Source: Macrostomum hystrix (Eukaryota > Animalia > Platyhelminthes). Taken from it: a stretch of 64,000 nt of DNA. The stretch is from contig CATNEN010000025.1 of NCBI GenBank assembly GCA_950097015.1, positions 496,001 through 560,000 on the forward strand, given 5' to 3'. The notes beneath the pieces are model-generated. The model was given only the letters and a program-made list of their open reading frames with translations. It was not told where the DNA came from and did not search any database. This document shows, in pieces, positions 39,104 to 51,393 of this stretch. The position numbers were made by a program, and so were the translations under genes. Every line of letters begins with the position of its first letter. Position 1 is the stretch's first letter.

Positions 39104-39761
39104 GAGTCTTCAAGACCCAAGACTCAAGCCTACTTGACATAAAGAGAGCATTGGTCGCATATTATTTCTAGTTGTGCCTATTGTTTCGGATGATTCCTTT
39201 GGCGGGCCGCGTGCTCAACAGATGATTCTACATCACCTGCATGGACTGGCTGTGAGGCGGTGTTTTCACAGAGAGATCACGGACCTGCGGCAGGACTGCA
39301 TGGACGGGAGGGTTGGAAATTTAATCCAGTCGGAAGCCCAGTGGGCGGTCCCAGCAATGATACTCCTGAAGTCCTGCGAGACCTGTGTTCGAGCACTAGC
39401 CCTTTTCTCTGTAGTCACGCCGGGAGCAAAAAAACTCCCATTGAATCATCGAGGCCGAAACTTATTACAGTGGGGCTTATTTTCCCCGTGGCGACAGTGG
39501 CACAGGTCTAATTTCATCACGAAGCTCGCCAGGTATGACCGCGCCATCGAACTGGGAGAATTCGACACATGTTTAGTCAGATTTCTCAGCACCTCTCTTC
39601 GATGGGACATTGCTGGCCATTTCCTTTGCCCTGCTTGGGAGCAGTGAAGCCTCTATGAAGCTGAGAAGCCTCAAAGCGGAAGCGCCTGCTCTTCCATATG
39701 ACACATTGCCTGCGTTGCATTTTCACTTCGGATCCCACTGCACTATCTATATATAATAATA

Positions 39762-39986
39762 ATGGCAGGAGGGCTGCAGGCAATGGCGCATTATTTGGTG
39801 ACGCTAGACACTCATCCAGCTAGGAGGCAATTCTGCCCATTCCGCTGACTCCTGAGTACACACGCACACAAATACCGTACGCAGGCACACACTCACACAG
39901 GTGTGTACATCTGCCCTAAACTTAGCACCGTCAGGCAGGGCACACTCTTACTGTGCCATGGAGGTTGGCCCACAAGGGCTTAAATT
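39762..39986 (-). mobile_element. tRNA-derived SINE family A, 5'-truncated
   Basis: Reverse-complement match to the body and 3' end of the other copies. Confidence 0.85.
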
Positions 39987-40515
39987 TCAAGACCATAGTG
40001 CGTTAAACACGCTGCCACTCACCCTCTGAACTACCTATGGTCGCTCATACGACTACTTATTGTATAGATTTCTCGCGAAGTGTTAAAATATGACTTTATT
40101 TATGCTATTTTACAATAAGTTTCTGTAATGCATAATAAAATTATATGCATTCGTATGTTTTGTTTGGCTTCGTAGATGAGATCTGTATGAAAATTTGTTT
40201 TGTGTATCCCTATTGGGATTTCCTGTTCCGACAGTCTGTAGAGTATTAGTTAGAAATTTTATTTTTAACATGTAAATACGCTGATAAGAAGTAAATAGAA
40301 CTTTTCCTTGGTGATCCTAGCTAGTTGTTTGGTAATGCAAATAAGTACGGCGAATCACACTCTAGAGAACGTAAATCAGCAAATGACAGCATCGTCCAAT
40401 CAGAGCACGCCTTGCAGGCTCTGGTAGCACCTCACTTTTCCCCACCCATAATGCGACGAGGTCCGCATTTTCCTCGATTCTACCGCAACGCCTGACTCCG
40501 TAGTAGATTCAAAGA

Positions 40516-40998
40516 ATGTTGAAACAGTCGACAGTCGAATGTCTCAGCCACCTTCAGTCGGTCTATCCGACAGACGTAGCCAGCGCCTACCTGAGATACT
40601 TCAGCTGCACCAACCAGACTGACTATGTGCGGGCTATCAAGGCCGAGCTGCGCACAATGCACCTGCAGTACCAGACTGAGCTAGCCGTGCTGCAGGTGAT
40701 CGTGTCCATCTACGCCCTGTTCATGCTGTTCGGCATGCTGGGAAATTGCCTGGTTGTGTACACCGTCTGCTGTCATAGGCGGATGCGCACTCCGCGCAAC
40801 TTGTACATCGCCAATTTGGCCGTGTCCGACTTCATCCTATGCGCCTTCACACAGCCGCTCAATCTGCTGCGTCTGTTCCAGCGCTACAGGGGCTGGGATC
40901 TGGGCCAGCCGCTCTGCAAGGTTGTCAACGCCCTCACCGGGGTCAACGCGTTTGTGTCGGCCTACGCAATCACGGCTATTGCGCTGGATCGATTGCAG
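40516..40998 (+). CDS. Neuropeptide Y/F receptor-like GPCR, exon 1 (TM1-3)
   Basis: GNCLVVYTV, RNLYIANLAVSD, LCKVVN and AIALDRLQ; donor CAG|GTGGGT at 40999. Confidence 0.92.
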
Positions 40999-41034
40999 GT
41001 GGGTCTGTGCGGGGGAACATTATCCAAATTGGGA

Positions 41035-41565
41035 TTAGTGGCTCTGAAAATGGAGGTTGCGGCGGCTTTTCAAAGCGGCGATGGCGGCTCTTCAAAGGGA
41101 TTGGCGGCTCTTCAAAGGGATTGGCGGCTCTTCAAAGGGATTGGCGGCTCTTCAAAGGGATTGGCAGCTCTTCAATGGGATTGGCGGCTCTTCAATGGGA
41201 TTGGCGGCTCTTCCAAGGGGTTGGTGGCTCTTAAAAAGGTTTTGTGGCTTTTCAAAGGAGAGCGGCGGCTCTGGCGGCGCTTCAAAGGGGTGACGGCTCT
41301 TCTCGAGTGCAGGGCGGCTCTTCAAATGGCTAGTGGCTCTGAAAATGGAGCACTTTAAAAGTACTTTAAAAGTTCTGGCGGCTCTTCAAAAGGGAGTGGC
41401 GGCTTTTTAAAGAGGGTGGCGGCTCTTCAAAGGGGAGGTGGCGGCTCTTCAAAGGGGAGGTGGCGGCTCTTCAAAGGGGATGGCGGCTTTTCAAAGGAAG
41501 TTAACTGCTCTGGCGACGCTTCAAAGATGGTGGCGGCTCTTCTAGTGGGCAGGCGGCTCTTTAAG
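41035..41565. repeat. Degenerate 20-bp minisatellite (TTGGCGGCTCTTCAAAGGGA) at the start of the GPCR intron
   Basis: Tandem units that decay rightward. Confidence 0.88.
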
Positions 41566-42330
41566 GTGAGTTTCAGCCCTTCAATCAATCCATCAAAAAC
41601 TCATGTGCCACCGGACATGTAAGGTTAAAATTTGGTTGAATTGCAACGAAATTTCGAATATTAAATTAACATGCTGCCCTTTTTATCATGCCAGTTTTTT
41701 TAACTGTCAGCAACAGCCCAACTAGACTGACTAGACTCTGTCTAGACCATACGATTATCTGGGAGGAGAAATAAAATCGATAGTATTTATTTTAGAGGTA
41801 AGACACGTACAGTTTATGAAAATATCAACTGAGCATGCTAGCCTGCTCGTGCTCCCCATTTGACGCCGGGTTAGCAACAATAGGTCTCACTGCTCAACTC
41901 AGAGAGGGCGCTAAGCAGTTGGCGGCCTTAAAAGTGCAGCTGCACCGAGCTGATTGGCATCAACGCCAGCGCGATTTATTCATTCAGTGGGTTGGGATTA
42001 AAAAAGCGAGGAACACTCGAGATGCTCAGACACAAACCACAAGCGGTTTTGTTAATTGCAGCCTTGATGTTCAAAGCACAGAATATTTCCATTTATTGTG
42101 TCTCTAGGGTCACTATGCCACTTGTTAATTCAGTCGAGTAGCTTTCTGATCCTGTTTCGAGATCTGATCAATCCATTGAGACCAATTGACTGAGTTTTAG
42201 ATCACTGGCATTTTCTGCTTCGTTTAAATATCTATTGGTTGCTAGCCATTTATTACAATACGAGTACTTGCTGCATTTAGCTAGTGTCAGCACCTGAAAC
42301 TTACGGCTGAACTGACATCCGCTGTTCAAT

Positions 42331-44062
42331 CTGATACCCCACTGTCCTACCTGACACCCCCTGTCCTACCTGACACCCCTGTCCTACCTGACACCCCTGT
42401 CCTACCTGACACCCCTGTCCAAAAAAACACCTGTCTCTCCTACCTGACACCCCGCTGCCCTACCAGACTCCCCACTATCCTACCTAACACCTCTCTGTCC
42501 TACCTGACACCTCTCTGTCCTACCTGACACCTCTCTGTCCTACCTGACACCTCTCTGTCCTACCTGACACCTCTCTGTCCTACCTGACACCTCTCTGTCC
42601 TACCTGACACCCCGCTGCCCTACCAGACTCCCCACTATCCTACCTAACACCTCTCTGTCCTACCTGACACCTCTCTGTCCTACCTGACACCTCTCTGTCC
42701 TACCTAACACCTCCCTGCTCTACCTAATATCTCTCTGTCCTACCTAACACCTCCCTGCTCTACCTAATAACTCTCTGTCCTACCTAACACCTCCCTGCTC
42801 TACCTAATAACTCTCTGTCCTACCTAACACCTCCCTGCTATACCTAATAACTCTCTGTCCTACCTAACACCTCCCTGCTCTACCTAATAACTCTCTGTCC
42901 TACCCAACACCTCCCTGCTCTACCTAATAACTCTCTGTCCTACCTGACACCCCTGTCCTATCTAACACCTCTCTGTCCTACCTACCACCTCTCTGTCCTA
43001 CCTGACACCCCTGTCCTACCTGACACCCCTGTCCAAAAAAACACCTGTCTCTCCTATCTGACACCCCGCTGCCCTACCAGACTCCCCACTATCCTACCTA
43101 ACACCTCTCTGTCCTACCTGACACCTCCATGTCCTACCTAACATCTCCCTGCTCTACCTAATAACTCTCTGTCCTACCTGACACCTCTCTGTCCTACCTG
43201 ACACCTCTCTGTCCTACCTGACACCTCCATGTCCTACCTAACATCTCCCTGCTCTACCTAATAACTCTCTGTCCTACCTGACACCTCTCTGTCCTACCTG
43301 ACACCCCTGTCCTACCTGACACCCCTGTCCAAAAAAACACCTGTCTCTCCTACCTGACACCCCGCTGCCCTACCAGACTCCCCACTATCCTACCTAACAC
43401 CTCTCTGTCCTACCTGACACCTCCATGTCCTACCTAACACCTCCCTGCTCTACCTAATAACTCTCTGTCCTACCTAACACCTCTCTGTCCTACCTGACAC
43501 CTCCATGTCCTACCTAACACCTCCCTGCTCTACCTAATAACTCTCTGTCCTACCTAACACCTCTCTGTCCTACCTGACACCTCCATGTCCTACCTAACAC
43601 CTCCCTGCTCTACCTAATAACTCTCTGTCCTACCTAACACCTCTCTGTCCTACCTGACACCTCCATGTCCTATCTAACACCTCTCTGTCCTACCTAACAC
43701 CTCTCTGTCCTACCTGACACCTCTCTTTCCTACCTGACACCCCTGTCCTATCTAACACCTCTCTGTCCTACCTAACACCTCCCTGTCCTACCTAATACCT
43801 CTCTTTCCTACCTGACACCCCTGTCCTATCTATCATCTCTCTGTCCTACCTAACACCTCCCTGTCCTACCTAATACCTCTCTGTCCTACCTAACACCTCT
43901 CTGTCCTACCTGACACCTCCCTGTCCTACCTAACACCTCCCTGCTCTACCTAATACCTCTCTGTCCTACCTAACACCTCTCTGTCCTACCTGACACCTCT
44001 CTTTCCTACCTGACACCTCTCTTTCCTACCTGACACCTCTCTTTCCTACCGGACACCTCTCT
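42331..44062. repeat. About 20-bp minisatellite (CCTACCTGACACCTCTCTGT family)
   Basis: Tandem units with duplicated sub-blocks (GTCCAAAAAAACACC marker occurs three times). Confidence 0.95.
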
Positions 44063-44494
44063 CATCCAACCCGGCGCCCCACTGCCGAACGTGATACCCT
44101 ATTTCTGTTAAGACAGCCGACTAAGTCTTAACTGTGTCTCGACTTTTTCGATTGTTTGAACCAATAAACCAATTGTTTTCAAGCGAGACTTCAAGAGTTT
44201 CATAAAACCCGCGACTCCGATGACTCCAGGCTTCATTGACATCCTTATTGGCCACCCCGATGATCCGTCCCAGAAGTATTGCTTCCACTTCATTCTGGGC
44301 CTCATTGCTCACTCTCCTCAGGCCCCAGACCCCATCCAGTACTGCAACCACTTGTGAATTTATCTATGCAGCTGAGTTTAACAGCTAGGCACAAAATGCA
44401 ATCCCAACGTGAGATTGGAGTGCAACACCCAAATAGAGATTGATTACACTGGCTCATCACCCATCCTGACAACCCAGTTGCCTTGCCTTTATCC

Positions 44495-45395
44495 CCGCTG
44501 ATAACCTGACACCCTGACACCTTTCTAATCTGATAATCTGATACCCTGGTACCTGACGCCCTTTTATTCTGACACCCTGACACATTGACACTCTGATACC
44601 CTGATACCTAACACCATTTGATTCTGACACCCTGACACATTGACACCCTGATATCCTGACACATTGGATTCTGACACCCTGACACATTGACACCCTGATA
44701 TCCTGATACCTGACACATTGGATTCTGACACCCTGACACATTGACACCCTGATATCCTGATACCTGACACATTGGATTCTGACACCCTGACACATTGACA
44801 CTCTGATACCCTGACACATTGACACTCTGATACCCTGATACCTGACGCAATTTGATTCTGACACCCGACGCAATTTGATTCTGACACCCTGACACATTGA
44901 CACCCTGATATCCTGATACCTGACACATTGGATTCTGACACCCTGACACATTGACACCCTGATATCCTGATACCTGACACATTGGATTCTGACACCCTGA
45001 CACATTGACACCCTGATATCTGACACATTGGCACTCTGATACCCTGATACCTGACGCAATTAGATTCTGACACCCTGACACATTGACACCCTGATACCTG
45101 ACACATTGGATTCTGACACCCTGACACATTGACACCATGATATCCTGATACCTGACACATTGGATTCTGACACCCTGACACATTGACACTCTGATACCCT
45201 GACACATTGACACTCTGATACCCTGATACCTGACGCAATTTGATTCTGACACCCGACGCAATTTGATTCTGACACCCTGACACATTGACACCCTGATATC
45301 CTGATACCTGACACATTGGATTCTGACAACCTGACACATTGACACCCTGATATCCTGATACCTGACACATTGGATTCTGACACCCTGATACCCTG
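44495..45395. repeat. Complex CTGACAC/CTGATAC short-unit tandem repeat
   Basis: Mosaic of 7-17 bp modules. Confidence 0.92.
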
Positions 45396-45718
45396 AGATA
45401 TTTTTATTCACTTTGACATATTGAGACTATTTTCAGTGTGATTTTCATCCACTGGCAGCTATGAAATAATTTGTTTAGCCTTGCATGATAGTCATATATT
45501 AAATTTAATTTGCATTCTCTTGACTAAAACTAATTCAATGTATTTCGCATGAATGAACAACAAATATCACGTATTATTTTCTTTTCCTAAATTTAGAAAC
45601 TTTTAGCACTAAAATTAAATGCATTAAACACAAAAATATTAAAAAGAAAAAATATTATTTACGAAATGCTGCAATATAATACCCATGAGAAGAAACGCAA
45701 GAAACCGAGTGACTATCG

Positions 45719-46060
45719 AGGGGTGAGTGGCAGAGCGTTTACGCGTCTGCCCCTCAGCACCAAGGTCCCTGAGTTCGATTCCGCGTTGAGGCCAAATTAA
45801 ATTGGGGCGCAGCCGCGGAGAGAAGGCTTGGGGGCTTGTCGTGCAATTTACGCCCTTGAGGGCCAACCTCCAAGGCACAGTTCGAGTGTACACTGCCTGA
45901 CGATGAGAAAGTCATGGCAGATGTACACACCTGTGTGAGCGTGTGCCTGCGTACGGTATCTGCGTGCTCAGGAGTCAGCGAAACGTGCAAAATTGCCTCC
46001 ACTCTGGCTGCAGGTCTAGTGTCATCAAATGATGTCCCATTGCCTGCAGCCCTGCTGCAA
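45719..46060 (+). mobile_element. tRNA-derived SINE family A, most complete copy
   Basis: A-box-like TGGCAGAGCG at 45728 and B-box GAGTTCGATTCC at 45771; body shared with five other copies. Confidence 0.9.
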
Positions 46061-46124
46061 TTCTTATTCTTATTAAGTGATCATCGTTCTAAAACCTTCC
46101 TCGAAATCCCACAGACTTTCTGTC

Positions 46125-46370
46125 ACCCCTCTGCCATCGTGACACTGCCTGTCACTATAATCACGATAACTCTCCTTTATCGCGATGTCACGAAGGTCAT
46201 CCTGACACCCCTCTGCCATCCTGACACCCCACTGACATCCTGACACCCCTCTGCCATCCTGAAACCCAACTGACTTCCTGACACCCTACTAACATCCTGA
46301 CACCCTACTGACATCCTGACACCCTACTAACATCCTGAAACCCCACTGACATCCTGACACCCTACTGAAT
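46125..46370. repeat. Degenerate CATCCTGACACCC repeat just before the GPCR acceptor
   Basis: About 20-bp units visible. Confidence 0.8.
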
Positions 46371-46431
46371 CCTAATTCAGTGTCACGCGCAAGCCTAACT
46401 TTCGTTGTCCTTTTTTCCGAAACCCGCGCAG

Positions 46432-47643
46432 GTGATTGCCTACCCCGGCTGGAGCAAGCAGGGAAACTGCTCAGCCATGGCCTCCATCGCCCTCCTGTGG
46501 ACGGTGGCTGCTGCGCTGGCAAGTCCGCTGGCCTGGTTCGCGGATCTGTACCCAGGTCCCACCAGCACAGGCGTCGGCATGCTGACCTACTGCGGCGAGC
46601 TGGCGCTGGACGCTGGCCGGAAGCGCTGGAAGGTTGTCTACAGCGGCGCCGTGCTGCTGTTCCAGTACCTCATTCCGCTGGTCATGGTCAGCGCCGCCTA
46701 CGGCTCCGTGTGCCGCCGACTCAATCGCAAAGTTCAACGCCGCGGTGCGTCGCCTAAGACAACCGTGTTCCAACAGCGCCGCCTCTACCTGGAACAGCGA
46801 CGCGGCAGGCGAGCCAACATCGTCCTGCTGGTCATTGCCCTGGTCTTCGCCGTCTCCTGGCTGCCGCTGACGTTGACAAACATTGGGCACGACATTGCCG
46901 ACCTCGGCGTCACGGCGCGAGTCAACACCACCGAGACTCTGGACGCGTTGGCCAACTCATCGTCAGTCGCGGTCGAGATCAAGGAGTTCCACAACCTCAA
47001 CCAGGTGGTGCACATGAAGAGCAACTTGGCAAACATGTTCCTGTACAGCTTCGCTCCGCAGCTGCTGGTCCTGGCCTCGGCCTGCCTCAACCCGCTGCTC
47101 TATGGATTCTTCAACTACAACTTCCAGGCCGAGTTCCAGCGCCTCTTCACCAGGATCCGGCGCGCCCTGGGAGTCATCAAAGGCGGCGCCGACCAGGCGG
47201 GCGCCGACGCTGACGCCGGTGCCGCTGTGGCCGGTGGAGCCGCAGCCGCCTACGCAGCTGCCGGCTGTCCAGACGAAGATGACGACGACGACGACGAAGA
47301 AGGGCCAACCGTCCGCAGCGGCCGGCGCCGCCACCGACGTCGCCACCGACGACACCGATGTCGCGATCGCGCCAGGGCACCTCAGAACGGCACCACGCAG
47401 CCGGACAGCCTCCTTCCGGATAATTTCGCCCCCGCCGACGCTGCCGAGGCTGCTCCGGAGCTGTTGGCTACCGCTGACGATCCAACGACAGTTCGGCGTC
47501 ATCGGGAGGCTTTCATGGCCGAGCTGGTGGATCTGGCGAACATTCCGCTGCTGGTGCAGGCTGCGGGACGAGGTCATCTGGAGCTGCGGCCGATGTCAGG
47601 ATGCGGAACTGACCGCGGCTATTCGCAGGTCGAAGCGCATTGA
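46432..47643 (+). CDS. Neuropeptide Y/F receptor-like GPCR, exon 2 (TM4-7 and C-tail)
   Basis: Acceptor GCGCAG at 46431; phase 0 gives DRLQ|VIAYP (compare DRYQVIVYP of NPF receptors). Also FQYLIPL, FAVSWLP and CLNPLLYGFFN. Confidence 0.92.
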   Translation: MIAYPGWSKQGNCSAMASIALLWTVAAALASPLAWFADLYPGPTSTGVGMLTYCGELALDAGRKRWKVVYSGAVLLFQYLIPLVMVSAAYGSVCRRLNRKVQRRGASPKTTVFQQRRLYLEQRRGRRANIVLLVIALVFAVSWLPLTLTNIGHDIADLGVTARVNTTETLDALANSSSVAVEIKEFHNLNQVVHMKSNLANMFLYSFAPQLLVLASACLNPLLYGFFNYNFQAEFQRLFTRIRRALGVIKGGADQAGADADAGAAVAGGAAAAYAAAGCPDEDDDDDDEEGPTVRSGRRRHRRRHRRHRCRDRARAPQNGTTQPDSLLPDNFAPADAAEAAPELLATADDPTTVRRHREAFMAELVDLANIPLLVQAAGRGHLELRPMSGCGTDRGYSQVEAH

Positions 47644-48699
47644 TGGGGTCGACGGAACTAGACGCGACCCATTTTGCTTGGGGCGAAAGCACTGTAATTC
47701 TTTTCAAAATGTGCATTGTTTGCCGCACTAGCCATAAAAGCATGTTTATCGATGTTTGAAAATACTGAAATTTTCATTAACTTCTATTTTCTAACAAGAG
47801 TTCTGCCTGCTGCCTAACATATAATGGGTGTTTTGCCACCTGCAATTGTAGCTTTACCAGACGTTATTCATCCATAGTTAACGGCCTTTCCCGAAAATTA
47901 GTGTCGTTTGAAATAAAATTTTTGATAAACTCATTGCTGTCTTCGTCTGATCTGTCTCATTATTATTGATCAGTTTAGCGAATTCACCTGGGATTATTGG
48001 GGGCATTTTAAGCACCTGAATCCCAAAATTACTTTAAAGAGTTTTTACTCTTTTTTTAGCTTTTTTGTATCCTCGAAAATGTTGAATCTTTTGCATCGTC
48101 GATGTCAATTGGTCAGACACCGCTTAACCAGCTTCGGATTGAACCAGGATTTGGTGAATCGGGATTCGAGGATGTGACTTACAGTTCCCTAGAGCAATGA
48201 AAGTGTAAAAATAAGTTTATTGGACGTGTAAAGTAGAACTGATTGACAATATGCGTGATCAGTGCATGTTTTCTGTAAATAGCTCAACTTTATATTTGGC
48301 AATGATTTGCTTGTGTAAGCAAATACTGCAGATCAACTTGAAGTATCTCAAAAATGTCAATAATTTGAAATGCTCCTCATTTTTTCACGATTTTCAATTC
48401 CGGAAATTCGTACTCGCGGTTTATTAGGAGAGATTTTAGATTGAACAGACTTTTAACTACCGTCTGCTCTCTTCCTCAAGCTTTTATTGTTAATATACGA
48501 GCCTAGAAACGGTTTAATTGCTATAAAACTAATATAATGGCTTTATAACATCTTTCAGGGACTGCAATTCTAAATCAGCTGACGTCAAAGTTTACTGTTC
48601 GTTTATTGAAGAGCTGGACCTTATGAATCACCTTCATTGCAAAGACGACCAAACCTATCGATAACGAAGTTCTATTTTGTAGCTTGTTTCTTTTTTTCC

Positions 48700-50233
48700 A
48701 GTCACTTCAGTTACAGTCACTTAATTTACAGCCACTTCATTTAAAGCCACTTTAATTACAGCCACTTCAGTTACAGTCACTTCAGTTACAGTCACTTAAT
48801 TTACAGCCACTTCATTTAAAGCCACTTTAATTACAGCCACTTCAGTTACAGTCACTTCAGTTACAGTCACTTAATTTACAGCCACTTCATTTAAAGCCAC
48901 TTTAATTACAGCCACTTCAGTTACAGTCACTTCTGTTACAGCCACTTCAGTTACAGTCACTTCACTTACAGTCTCTTCAGTTACAGTCACTTCACTTACA
49001 GTCACTTCAGTTACAGTCCCTTCACTTACAGTCACTTCAGTTACAGTCCCTTCAGTTACAGTCACTTCACTTACAGTATCTTCAGTTACAGTCACTTCAG
49101 TTACAGTCACTTAATTTACAGCCACTTCATTTAAAGTCACTTAATTTACAGCCACTTCAGTTACAGTCACTTCAGTGAAAGTCACTTCAGTTACAGCCAC
49201 TTCAGATACAGCCACTTCAGGTACAGTCTCTTCAGTTACAGTCACTTCAGTTACAGTCACTTCAGTTACAGCCACTTCAGATACAGCCACTTCAGGTACA
49301 GTCTCTTCAGTTACAGTCACTTCAGTTACAGTCACTTAATTTACAGCCACTTCATTTAAAGTCACTTAATTTACAGCCACTTCAGTTACAGTCACTTCAG
49401 TGAAAGTCACTTCAGTTACAGCCACTTCAGATACAGCCACTTCAGGTACAGTCTCTTCAGTTACAGTCACTTCAGTTACAGTCACTTAATTTACAGCCAC
49501 TTCATTTAAAGTCACTTTATTTACAGCCACTTCAGTTACAGTCACTTCACTTACAGTCTCTTCAGTTACAGTCACTTCTGTTACAGCCACTTCAGTTACA
49601 GCCACTTCACTTACAGTCTCTTCAGTTACAGTCACTTCTGTTACAGCCACTTTGATAGCTGTCTCTTCAGTTACAGTCACTTGAGTTACAGCCACTTTGA
49701 TTGCTGTCTCTTCAGTTGCAGCCACTTCAGCTACAGCCACTTTAGTTACAGCCAATTCACTTACAGTCTCTTCAGTTACAGTCTCTTCAGTTACAGCCAC
49801 TTCAGTTACAGCCACTTTAGTTACAGCCAATTCACTTACAGTCTCTTCAGTTGCAGCCACTTCAGCTACAGCCACTTTAGTTACAGCCAATTCACTTACA
49901 GTCTCTTCAGTTACAGTCTCTTCAGTTACAGCCACTTCAGTTACATTCACTTCAGTTACAGCCACTTCAGTTACAGTCTCTTCAGTTACAGCCACTTCAG
50001 TTACAGTCTCTTCAGTTACAGCCACTTCAGTTACAGTCACTTCAGTTACAGTCACTTCAGTTACAGCCACTTCAGTTACAGTCACTTCAGTTACAGTCAC
50101 TTCAGTTACAGCCACTTCAGTTACAGTCACTTCAGTTACAGCCACTTCAGTTACAGTCACTTCAGTTACAGTCACTTCAGTTACAGCCACTTCAGTTACA
50201 GCCACTTCAGTTAGAGTTACTTCACTTACAGTC
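48700..50233. repeat. 15-bp minisatellite (CACTTCAGTTACAGT/C)
   Basis: About 100 units. Confidence 0.96.
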
Positions 50234-50686
50234 TCCCTGGGTCTCCATGCAGTGTTTGCCAAAAAATGTAGCCACAGCCTTGTGCGCATTGAAAGTAATG
50301 TTTAATTTTAATTAAATAAACTTTTCAGTGTACAATATGTGCATGTGGTGTTTTTCACAAATATGTTTGTAACGCACAATTTTTTTCCACATTTTTAGTG
50401 CAACGTTGCAACAAACCTTTCCGTCAAATGAAATCTATGAAGCTAACCAAATGATGAAGCTAACTGTACACAAGACCCTTTGCCTTCTTCTTGATAACTG
50501 CGTGCGCGACCACTTTGCTTGAACGTGTATTAATGTCCAAACGGGCCAGTGTAGAAATTCATGATTCTTCTTGCACCTTTCGTTATCCAAGTAACCAATT
50601 AAACTCGCAGAAGAGGATAATTAAAATCTTGAAGGTGAGATGAACTTGTGCTGTTCTTTTAAATCATTGGTATCTATCCTCTAAAT

Positions 50687-51393
50687 CAGGGGTCGGCAAA
50701 CTCCGGCCCGCGGGCCAGATGCGGCCCTCGAAGCTCCCAAATCCGGCCCGTTGCCTCTTCTGACATCTACAGTGTCCTGTTTCATCTCTCTCGCGTCTCA
50801 TCTCTCCCGTATCTAATCTCTCCCGTGTCTAATCTCTCCCGTGTCTAATCTCTCCCGTGTCTAATCTCTCCCGTGTCTAATCTCTCCCGTGTCTAATCTC
50901 TCCCGTGTCTAATCTCTCTCGCGTCTCATCTCTCCCGTATCTAATCTCTCCCGTGTCTAATCTCTCCCGTGTCTAATCTCTCCCGTGTCTAATCTCTCCC
51001 GTGTCTAATCTCTCCCGTGTCTAATCTCTCCCGTGTCTAATCTCTCCCGTGTCTAATCTCTCCCGTGTCTAATCTCTCCCGTGTCTCATCTCTCCCGTGT
51101 CTAATCTCTCCCGTGTCTAATCTCTCCCGTGTCTAATCTCTCTCGTGTCTAATCTCTCCCGTGTCTCATCTCTCCCGTGTCTAATCTCTCCCGTGTCTCA
51201 TCTCTCCCGTGTCTAATCTCTCCCGTGTCTCATCTCTCTCGTGTCACATCTTTCCTGTGTCTAATCTCTCCCGTGTCTCATCTCTCCCGTGTCTCATCTC
51301 TCCCCTATCTCATATTTAAACAGTAAATGCGGCCCGCTGTCGTCTTTTAGGCTCTCTCTTTGGCCCGCCAGCAAATAAGTTTGCCTACCCCTG
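50687..51393. mobile_element. Non-autonomous hAT (Charlie-like) MITE with an internal 16-bp minisatellite
   Basis: TIRs CAGGGGTCGGCAAAC / GTTTGCCTACCCCTG; exact 8-bp TSD CTCTAAAT at 50679-50686 and 51394-51401; subterminal GCGGCCC motifs. Confidence 0.92.
50783..51312. repeat. 16-bp minisatellite (GTGTCTAATCTCTCCC) inside the MITE
   Basis: About 33 units. Confidence 0.95.

Noticed and set aside
39174-39647. 157-aa plus ORF and the antisense LCHCRHGENKPHC (CDGSH-like?) stretch
   Set aside because: The motif is incomplete and followed by a stop; no family recognised on either strand.
40999-41358. Extension of the GPCR ORF past DRLQ
   Set aside because: Intron read-through into a minisatellite; the true continuation is at 46432.
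44065-44495. Unique island between arrays as a possible retroelement fragment
   Set aside because: Short ORFs with no RT, endonuclease or integrase motif that I can identify.
45719-45795. Functional tRNA gene
   Set aside because: A/B boxes are present but there is no cloverleaf, and it continues into a SINE body.
48871-50305. Mucin-like or antifreeze-like VTEVT/TATSV ORFs
   Set aside because: 15-bp repeat translations broken by TAA variants, with no signal peptide.
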